The notes below the pieces were generated by a model. The model worked only from the letters and a program-made list of their open reading frames with translations, made no database searches and had not been told where the DNA came from. This document shows positions 23,443 to 30,556 of a stretch of 30,556 nucleotides of DNA, piece after piece. The stretch's first letter is position 1. Every line of letters starts with the position of its first letter. The position numbers and the translations under genes were made by a program. Origin of the DNA: a virus (lineage: Duplodnaviria; Caudoviricetes); the IMG/VR virus record IMGVR_UViG_3300020045_007403, positions 1 through 30,556 of that record. One strand, 5' to 3'.

Positions 23443-26247
23443 ATGGCAGATTTGGCGTTAGTTTTTAGTCAAAGTGGAGCGGGTGCAATGATTGCAGACA
23501 TGGATCGCGTCGTGTCCAGAATGCAAGCAATGGCACAATCGACCATTGATGCTGCAAATGCGGCCTCTGGCAGTCGTGGAATTCCTGCAATAAACAAAGC
23601 AATTGACAAACTACCAGCCGCCACAGGGTCTATTGACCACTTCAAAGACGAACTCGAAAGGCTCAAAAACCAATTCAAGGCAACGGGTAGCGCAATCGAA
23701 AGGGCGCATATTGGGCCTCAAATAGCTGCACTGGAGCGGCAAATAGAGCATGCAAATTCCGCAATCCCACAGGCCACAAAGTCAATGGGATCGGCATTTA
23801 AGGACTTTGCAACCCAAACAATGGCAACCTTTGGCCCGATTGCAATTGCAACAACGGTTGTGGCGTTTGGGAAAAAGTCGGTCGAGGCATTTGCGGAATT
23901 TGAGACGGGATTAAATTCGTTGTCGGCAATTACGGGTGCTGTTGGTGCTGATCTCAAATTCTTTTCAGACGAAGCAAAACGGATTGGAGAAACAACAACA
24001 ATAGGTGCAACGGATGCTGTCAGGGCGTTTGAACTAATTGGATCAGCAAAACCCGAATTGCTCAAATCCAAAGAAGCACTAGCAAGCGTAACAAATGAGG
24101 CAATCAAATTAGCAGAGGCAAGCGGCATGAGTTTGCCAGATGCGGCGGCATCAGCTGTCGGTGCATTGAATCAGTATGGAGCGGCGGCGGATCAGGCAGG
24201 TAGATTTGTGAACGTGTTGGCGGCGGGCGCATTAGAGGGGGCAAGCCCAATTCAGGCAAGTACGCAAGCACTTGAGCAATTCGGATCAGTTGCCAATGGG
24301 TTCAATGTTTCGATTGAAGAATCAATTGCCCTCGTTCAAACATTGGCGGATAAGAACAAAATGGGAGCCGAAGCAGGCACGGCATTGCGAAATGTTTTGC
24401 TGAAAATGCAGACCATAAAAGCCCTTGATAGAAAGGCTGTTGAGGATTTGGAGCGGCTTGGTGTGAACATGGATTTAGTGTCGAATGCGGCCCTTCCCGT
24501 AGCTGACCGATTGGAGGAACTAAAGAAGATCGGCGGCGATGCTACTGCAATGATGCACGTTTTCGGCACCGAAAATATCAATGCTGCGAACATTTTGCTC
24601 ACAAATACGGAGCGATTCGAGGGACTTACGAAGGCAATCACGGGCACGAATGCAGCCACAAAGCAACAGGCAACCCAAACGCAAGGACTTGCAGCCTCAT
24701 GGAAAAAGATTCAAAACCAGATTCAGAATGTAATGATCGAAATCGGTGCCGCGATTGCTCCGGTGCTTCGTGAAATTACAGATGGGTTTGCGCCTGCTTT
24801 CAAGATTGTGAAGGAGTTGTTTTTGACCATTTACACGCCAATGTATGAAGTGATTAAGTCCTTTGGCGGATTGTTCACGGCATTGGGTTTGGCAAGCGGT
24901 GAAGGCAATAAATTTGTAGGTGTTGTGAAGGTGTTGGCGGGTGCGATTGAGTTTCTGACATTGCCGACTCGCATTATTTACAAGGTTTTGGGCGGAATTG
25001 TCGAGGTCGTGACATGGGTTGTTGAAAAATTCATGTCTGCTAGGGATGCAGTTTATGGATTTGCCGAAGGAATACCCGGCGCAACAACGGCCCTGAAAGT
25101 TTTGGAGGGTGTGATCAAATTTACGCTTGCTCCTTTGCTTTTACTCAAGGACGCATGGGATTATTTGTTTGGTGCAAAGGCGGCTCCGGTTGATTCGAAA
25201 CTTAGTGCAGAGGTCAAACAGTTGACGAATTTTGCTAAGGAATTAGGAGGCACACAAGCCCAAATTGATCAATTCCAAGCGGGTTTGAAGCAAGCGGATT
25301 TCGTTGGATTGACGCACGATCAAACCATAAAGAAGCTCACAAGCGATTTCATTAGGTGGAAAGCTGCGAATGAGGATGCAACCAAGGCGGTACTAGCTGC
25401 AATCCCACCAACGGAGGATTTGGCCGGCACGATGGCAGATTTGACCGTAAAAACAGGCCCAGCGGCGGGTTCTATTGATTTCTTTAATCAAAAATTGCAA
25501 GAATTACAGGCGGCATTTTCGGCAACGGGATCGGATATGCAACGGAATTCGATAGGTAAAGAGATTGAAAAGGTTGAATTCCAATTGCTTAGATTTTCGG
25601 CTGTTGTCGATGAAATGAAGGCCAAAACAGGCGGTATCGGTGGGCTTGTGAAGGATGCGGGCGCATTGCCATTGCCAACGATGGAAGAATTCGACATGGA
25701 TGCAATGATGTCGAATCTTGAATCAGGCCTACCAAGGGTAACGGCATTTGGGGCGGCAATGACCAAAGTATTCGAGGATTTGAGCGTGTCGGTAAAAAAT
25801 GCAATGGTCTCAATGGCTGCGGATGTTGCTTTCAATATTGGTGAGGCGATTGGTAGCGGTGGCTCAATTGGTGACGTTTTTAAGGCAGCTTTGCGAGAAT
25901 TAGCCGTAATGGTTCCTAAAATGGTCGGTATGGCAATGTTGAATCAGGCCGCAACCGTACCTAGTCCTGCATCGTTGCCATTGGCAATTGCGGGATTAGC
26001 CCTAATCGGTGCATCAGGCATTATATCAGGTGCATTCAAAGCATCAGATGCAAAGAAAGCGGCGGCGGCGGCTCCGAATATTGGAGAAAACAGCGTACCG
26101 CAACCAAATAGGCGCGGTTTGGAGAGTTTTGGAAATGAGGAACAATCGGCTCAAAAGTTCATTCTAAAATTCGATAGCGGCGAAGAGTTTAGATTTCACC
26201 GTGAAATTCAGAGGGGCCAAATTCGGGAAGGTCGGAAGCATGGCTAA
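23443..26247 (+). CDS. Tail tape measure protein (TP901-family core)
   Basis: 934 aa, Ala/Gly-rich and helical; FETGLNSLSAITGA..GETT..A..NVLAAGA..GAEAGTALRNVL; hydrophobic central region. Confidence 0.93.
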   Translation: MADLALVFSQSGAGAMIADMDRVVSRMQAMAQSTIDAANAASGSRGIPAINKAIDKLPAATGSIDHFKDELERLKNQFKATGSAIERAHIGPQIAALERQIEHANSAIPQATKSMGSAFKDFATQTMATFGPIAIATTVVAFGKKSVEAFAEFETGLNSLSAITGAVGADLKFFSDEAKRIGETTTIGATDAVRAFELIGSAKPELLKSKEALASVTNEAIKLAEASGMSLPDAAASAVGALNQYGAAADQAGRFVNVLAAGALEGASPIQASTQALEQFGSVANGFNVSIEESIALVQTLADKNKMGAEAGTALRNVLLKMQTIKALDRKAVEDLERLGVNMDLVSNAALPVADRLEELKKIGGDATAMMHVFGTENINAANILLTNTERFEGLTKAITGTNAATKQQATQTQGLAASWKKIQNQIQNVMIEIGAAIAPVLREITDGFAPAFKIVKELFLTIYTPMYEVIKSFGGLFTALGLASGEGNKFVGVVKVLAGAIEFLTLPTRIIYKVLGGIVEVVTWVVEKFMSARDAVYGFAEGIPGATTALKVLEGVIKFTLAPLLLLKDAWDYLFGAKAAPVDSKLSAEVKQLTNFAKELGGTQAQIDQFQAGLKQADFVGLTHDQTIKKLTSDFIRWKAANEDATKAVLAAIPPTEDLAGTMADLTVKTGPAAGSIDFFNQKLQELQAAFSATGSDMQRNSIGKEIEKVEFQLLRFSAVVDEMKAKTGGIGGLVKDAGALPLPTMEEFDMDAMMSNLESGLPRVTAFGAAMTKVFEDLSVSVKNAMVSMAADVAFNIGEAIGSGGSIGDVFKAALRELAVMVPKMVGMAMLNQAATVPSPASLPLAIAGLALIGASGIISGAFKASDAKKAAAAAPNIGENSVPQPNRRGLESFGNEEQSAQKFILKFDSGEEFRFHREIQRGQIREGRKHG

Positions 26248-26272
26248 TTTATTCCAAAAATAAAACCAACAA

Positions 26273-26297
26273 AAAACCCGCCTTGTGAGCGGGTTTT
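26273..26297. terminator. Bidirectional intrinsic terminator
   Basis: AAAACCCGC-cttgtga-GCGGGTTTT between the convergent TMP and tail-tube genes. Confidence 0.85.
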
Positions 26298-26315
26298 CCT
26301 TTTCTTGAGGTGCGA

Positions 26316-27305
26316 TTAGGCACGCATGTAGGCGGGCCACCCGTACCACATATCCCGAATCTCGGTAGGCTGTGCAGCGCCTGAATAATTCGGATTCGTG
26401 TAGGTTGTCGAGTTCGCAATGTAGATCACAAGCAAAGCCGTATTCGACCTTGCGGTTGCGGTCGAGAAAGTCAATGTAGATGTTGCAAAGGCCAATTCTG
26501 CATCCGATACCTGTACGCCGTCAATAGATGCACGAATCAGGTGCGTGTGATAGTCGGTCAACTGCGTGTAAGACGTTCCGATTGGTAACGCTACGGGCGT
26601 GGTTGCGCTCAAATATGAAGCGTTTCCAGTACCTAGCACGACGGTCGTTTCGTTGCCATCCCAGTTCGTGTTGATGTCCGTTCCTGCATTGTCGTACCAT
26701 CCTTCGACAAAGATCGATTGGCCGTTGTTGGCCTGATCAACGATGTAGATTTCGGTTGACTCGCTTGAAAGCTCAACAGGGAAATACCTTTCGCCTGATT
26801 CCTTGGTGTTCCCTGTGAGTGTCTTCAGTGTCGCCTGAACATTCATAATCAGCACCTCCGTTGCACAGGCACCCGTACTTGGATTGTATGCTTTCAAAAG
26901 CAAGTGGCCGCCCGTCGCGTAGGTCGGTGCCGTTACCAGTGTGGCGTTGTTTGTGGCTGCGGATTGGGTTTGTCCGATCAGTGCCCTGAATGATCCCAAT
27001 GAATTGCCATTGAAATTCACGGTGAATGGATCAAGTTTCAGGCCAAACGTCCTCTTTACGGGCGTTTTTCCACCCCCCATTGAAGTGACATCAGACACAG
27101 GTGACAATGACATATCGCCAAGATCAACCATGTCGCAAAAGTTTCCGATGAACTTGCGAACCTTCGTCGGCCATGAGATTCCACAATACCCATCCGTTGC
27201 ACCTACGGTTGAGGGCGCACGTTCAGGGATGAAGTGAACCGACATTTTCCAGTGATCGCCTGCGTAGATGCCTGCGTATTGTTCCAACCAACGTGAATTT
27301 GCCAT
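26316..27305 (-). CDS. Putative major tail tube protein with C-terminal extension
   Basis: Last gene of the neck operon, followed by a terminator; T/G/A-rich; position-based call. Confidence 0.55.
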   Translation of the reverse strand: MANSRWLEQYAGIYAGDHWKMSVHFIPERAPSTVGATDGYCGISWPTKVRKFIGNFCDMVDLGDMSLSPVSDVTSMGGGKTPVKRTFGLKLDPFTVNFNGNSLGSFRALIGQTQSAATNNATLVTAPTYATGGHLLLKAYNPSTGACATEVLIMNVQATLKTLTGNTKESGERYFPVELSSESTEIYIVDQANNGQSIFVEGWYDNAGTDINTNWDGNETTVVLGTGNASYLSATTPVALPIGTSYTQLTDYHTHLIRASIDGVQVSDAELAFATSTLTFSTATARSNTALLVIYIANSTTYTNPNYSGAAQPTEIRDMWYGWPAYMRA

Positions 27306-27313
27306 AATTTCTT

Positions 27314-28258
27314 CTAATTATTTACTGCGAAAATAGTGAATTTCAATGTCATTTCGTTATAGGTCGTGTCTGTTTTTTCAAAATAGATTTCTCCATTGTC
27401 TACGATGTCAAATTCACCGCAACCCGTATCGGTGTCGGTGCCGTTGATTCTTGACAATTGAACACCGACAAAATCAACACCCTTGAAAGTGAGTGTGTAT
27501 AACTGCTCTGTCCACGTGTGTTTCCTGAATGCCTCCAAAACGATCCCAGCCATTTGGTTCATTTCATCCGAATACCCCTGATCATTACCCCTGCTTGAAC
27601 CCCGCATTTTTACGAACAATTTGCAACTAATTGAATAGTTGCGGGTTGCCTTGAGTGGTTCACCTCCGATGTCGAGATTTGCAATCAGGATTGTGTTGTT
27701 ATTTGCATTGCTTGCTTTGTGGTTTTCAATTGGCAATACCTGAAACCGATCACGACCACCGCTTTGAATTGAAAGCGATTGAATTGCGGCTTGCAAAAAT
27801 AGCTTGATTTCCGCCCTAAGTCCCCGCCTTGTGAACATTCCCCATCCCGAAATTGCAGACGAAAGATAGGTGTAAGTGACTGCCAAAGACTCCCAAACGA
27901 GCAATCCGGTTGCATCTGATCCGGTACGTGTGACCCTATGTTGGAAGTAGTTTCGAAGATTCGGATCGTAGGTAATCGCCTGTGCATTTACCAATGTCCA
28001 CAATGTCCAAGCTGTCCATGTCGTGTTATCCGTAGAATGCCTGAATTCAATCGTGTAAGTTCGGGTTGCGCTTGTGCCTGCGACATTTTCACCGATTGCA
28101 GAAATTGACGCGAATTGCTCAAAGAATGATGTTGATAACGTGTGAACGTCTCCAATTGCCGACAGTGCAATGATCGGGTTTTTACGCACCAATCCCTGTG
28201 CTTGCGAACTTGCAAGCCTTTGGATTTGCCAATTTTCCGATGAAGATGTACTACTCAT
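27314..28258 (-). CDS. Putative tail completion/terminator protein with extra N-terminal domain
   Basis: Lies between the neck gene and the putative tube gene; N-half has EFRHSTDNTTWTAW..YFQHRVT. Confidence 0.5.
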   Translation of the reverse strand: MSSTSSSENWQIQRLASSQAQGLVRKNPIIALSAIGDVHTLSTSFFEQFASISAIGENVAGTSATRTYTIEFRHSTDNTTWTAWTLWTLVNAQAITYDPNLRNYFQHRVTRTGSDATGLLVWESLAVTYTYLSSAISGWGMFTRRGLRAEIKLFLQAAIQSLSIQSGGRDRFQVLPIENHKASNANNNTILIANLDIGGEPLKATRNYSISCKLFVKMRGSSRGNDQGYSDEMNQMAGIVLEAFRKHTWTEQLYTLTFKGVDFVGVQLSRINGTDTDTGCGEFDIVDNGEIYFEKTDTTYNEMTLKFTIFAVNN

Positions 28259-28707
28259 TCGCCGTACAATGGATGGTATTTGTAAATCCTGCCTGAATTT
28301 ATCTCATTGATCGCAAGCTCGAATTCATCTTTTGCGCCTTTGTACAAGTACGGAAACAGGCGACGGCGTACCGAATCAATGTAGGTCATTCCAAAACGGC
28401 GCATCGAATAGACCGCAACATCCCCTGCGTAGGGAGCGATTGATTGGGTTTGCATGACCGCCCATTCGGATTCGCTGATTTTCTTAAAGCTGAATGATCG
28501 TGCCAAATTTCCAGACCTACGGCCAATATCTACGGCAACTGATCCAATTTGTGAAGGATTCCCGAAATTCAATTCGTGATCCTTCAATTCGCCCGCTGCC
28601 TTGATTGCCATGTCACGACCGATGTTTTGAATGAGCTTTTTCACCTCAGAAAACGAGGCAATCTTGCGCATCAAAGCAGCATTGTGGACTGTGACAATGT
28701 TTGCCAT
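28255..28707 (-). CDS. Putative neck protein (HK97 gp10-like)
   Basis: RRSGNLARSF..APYA motif; start MANIV at 28707 (TAATG overlap). Confidence 0.55.
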   Translation of the reverse strand: MANIVTVHNAALMRKIASFSEVKKLIQNIGRDMAIKAAGELKDHELNFGNPSQIGSVAVDIGRRSGNLARSFSFKKISESEWAVMQTQSIAPYAGDVAVYSMRRFGMTYIDSVRRRLFPYLYKGAKDEFELAINEINSGRIYKYHPLYGE

Positions 28708-29129
28708 TAGGCCCGCATTGTGTAGTAAGGGGTGACGTAACAAGCCTCGGTGCCTGCGCGGGCAACGGTCAATGAGGTATCGAACGAGAATGATCCAAAT
28801 TCCTCGTTCGTCTCACAAACAACCGTATCGCGGGTCCAAACGAGCAACCGGTTCACGGCGGTAACATCGCCGGCTCCGTATTCTACCTGAAAATCCATCG
28901 TGATTCTTGCGCCGGCTGGAATTACAACGTTGCCCGGAAAGAAAACTATACCGGCGGCACCGGCGGCTACGGTTTCGGTTGCTCCTTTCCATGCTTTCAG
29001 AATCGGATTCCCAACACCAACAGGGTATGTTGGCGCAAGCTGCAAAATAGATGATCCGGTGCCATACGTGCCTGCGTAGGAACTGTTGGATTCTGAAATA
29101 TCAATCGTTTTTGTGAGTGTCTTTGCCAT
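28707..29129 (-). CDS. Putative head closure protein
   Basis: 140-aa beta-rich protein in neck operon order. Confidence 0.45.
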   Translation of the reverse strand: MAKTLTKTIDISESNSSYAGTYGTGSSILQLAPTYPVGVGNPILKAWKGATETVAAGAAGIVFFPGNVVIPAGARITMDFQVEYGAGDVTAVNRLLVWTRDTVVCETNEEFGSFSFDTSLTVARAGTEACYVTPYYTMRA

Positions 29130-29131
29130 TT

Positions 29132-29617
29132 TCAGTAGATATTTGGATAAGCGTAAGGATCAATGTTTTGAACAAATGCGGTGTCGGAAAAGCCGACGGT
29201 TGCGGCTTGGTAGTATTGTGAATCGATGGATAATTTTTGCCATTCAAGCCCCGCCAACTTGAAATAATTGTTCATTTTGGTATTCATTTCGGCCCTGTTT
29301 ATACCCAAATTCGGCTCTACGGGCATATTTACAGAGCTTTCTAGGTCCAATTTGAGTAAACGATACCCAATCGCGTAGAGCATTGCTTGTGTAGCGATTG
29401 GATATTGGGCGGCGGTCAATGAGGCCGCAACGATTCCAGCCTCCAGAAGTATCGCTACTGCGTAATCGTACTCAGCACCAACCACATTTACAAGCGAATT
29501 GGCAATATGAAAATCTATCGCGGCGGCTGTCCATCTACCAAATTGGTTCGCCATGCCATCACTTATTGTGAGAGCATCTAGTATTTGCGTTCCTGTTGGT
29601 TCAACTAATGCTGGCAT
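29132..29617 (-). CDS. Putative head-tail adaptor protein
   Basis: 161-aa helical protein, first after the terminator; position-based call. Confidence 0.5.
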   Translation of the reverse strand: MPALVEPTGTQILDALTISDGMANQFGRWTAAAIDFHIANSLVNVVGAEYDYAVAILLEAGIVAASLTAAQYPIATQAMLYAIGYRLLKLDLESSVNMPVEPNLGINRAEMNTKMNNYFKLAGLEWQKLSIDSQYYQAATVGFSDTAFVQNIDPYAYPNIY

Positions 29618-29625
29618 ATTTTAAG

Positions 29626-29661
29626 AAAAAGGCCCGCCCATTTCCACGGACGGGCCTTTTT
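29626..29661. terminator. Intrinsic terminator/attenuator
   Basis: AAAAAGGCCCG...CGGGCCTTTTT between the 29680 gene and the neck genes. Confidence 0.8.
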
Positions 29662-29679
29662 TATTCAAATGAAATGAGC

Positions 29680-30516
29680 TTACAAGATGCAAATTCCCTG
29701 AACGGTTGACGTGCAACCATTTTCGGTAGTTGTGCCATCGGCTTGCAGGGCCGTGATAGTGACCGTATCGGCAGTACAAGCAACCTTGTAACCACCCGCC
29801 GCAACAGTTCCACCAAGTGCAACAGTCATAACAACAGCCGTTGACGATGTAGATGCACCAGTGACAGTGACCGTACGAACACCCCCAACAAGCGCCCCCG
29901 TGGCGATCTTTGCACCGACCAAGATGCCGCCCGCAACATCTGGAAGGGTGTACGCCCTTGCAGCGGTGTTGGTATTGGCAAGCGTGGACGTGAACGTGTT
30001 GGCGTCGTTTTTCAGATTGACCTTAAACAATGTCAAGCCAGCCACCCCGCCCGTTGCATCTTTGGCCGTAGAGCTGATCTTCAATCCAAGGTCGGTATCA
30101 TCCGCAATCGTGCCGTTGCGATCTTGGAAAGTGTACGTGCGAGCGGCTGTGTTTGAGTTCGTGAAAAACGAAATGAAAGTGCCAAGCACGTTCAGGAAGT
30201 TGTGTTTGAACAAAGTCAGTCCGACATATCCGCCTGATGCGTCCTTTTCAGAGGTCAATTGCGCACCAGCCTCTGCATCTGCCGCATTGACCGCCGCCTG
30301 AACGGCTGCATAGCTTTGGGTTGTGACCCACTTTTGCTTGACAGCCCTTGCGCCCTGTGGCAATCCCTCATAATGGAGGACGGTCAATACCGCCGTTCCT
30401 GTTGTGAGGTTGTCGCTAGATGTCATTCCAACAATATCCTTGGAATCCACCGATTGCAGACTGTTTGCGGGCGTTGCGCCGTCAATTGTCGTAACCGTAA
30501 GTGTGACTCTTGCCAT
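29680..30516 (-). CDS. Putative head decoration/fibre protein with internal duplication
   Basis: Two copies of KDAxGGxxGLTLFKxNxxN..TF.S...NxNTAARxYTxxD, 61 aa apart; T/A/G-rich. Confidence 0.6.
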   Translation of the reverse strand: MARVTLTVTTIDGATPANSLQSVDSKDIVGMTSSDNLTTGTAVLTVLHYEGLPQGARAVKQKWVTTQSYAAVQAAVNAADAEAGAQLTSEKDASGGYVGLTLFKHNFLNVLGTFISFFTNSNTAARTYTFQDRNGTIADDTDLGLKISSTAKDATGGVAGLTLFKVNLKNDANTFTSTLANTNTAARAYTLPDVAGGILVGAKIATGALVGGVRTVTVTGASTSSTAVVMTVALGGTVAAGGYKVACTADTVTITALQADGTTTENGCTSTVQGICIL

Positions 30517-30556
30517 TATTTTCCTTTGCCCTCGGTTTTGGGTTCAACAACTTCTT

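Noticed and set aside
23270-23461. 63-aa ORF upstream of the TMP as a tail assembly chaperone
   Set aside because: TTG start inside a hairpin, runs through DNA repeats and the promoter, basic composition, no frameshift motif seen.
23469-25835. Several antisense ORFs within the TMP (likewise within terL, recT and tail genes)
   Set aside because: Shadow ORFs produced by codon bias of the sense genes; no promoters or protein motifs.
1-30556. Stop-codon reassignment, DGR, retron, tRNA or prophage boundary
   Set aside because: Genes are intact and densely packed in the standard code with all three stops used; no reverse transcriptase motifs, cloverleaf or host housekeeping genes recognised by eye.

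Overview
A 30.6 kb segment of a tailed dsDNA (siphovirus-like) phage. The host is almost certainly Bacteroidota: TAnnTTTG sigma-70 promoter boxes recur before operons, most starts lack Shine-Dalgarno sites, TerS is of a Bacteroidota-phage type, and one protein looks like Q-rule/T9SS cargo. A long leftward arm (16365 to 4314) carries a YdaU-type replication initiator with internal iterons, an MmcB-like nuclease, small accessory genes, a ParB + GREB1/TAGT-like glycosyltransferase + TerS + TerL block, and a Lar-domain early operon. A divergent rightward arm carries RecT and YqaJ, then separately promoted tail genes, a SAM-fold moron and the tape measure gene. The tape measure gene converges on leftward neck and tail-tube genes. 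No portal, capsid, integrase, endolysin, tRNA or CRISPR array is recognisable in the window. The most unusual signals are non-coding: (1) a candidate short RNA whose loop is antisense to a leader motif shared by two early operons; (2) a kissing-loop attenuator-like leader before the replication operon; (3) apparently leaderless structural genes; (4) two opposed iteron arrays; (5) a TerS scar marking insertion of the DNA-glycosylation cassette. All family calls come from motif recognition by eye, not database searches.
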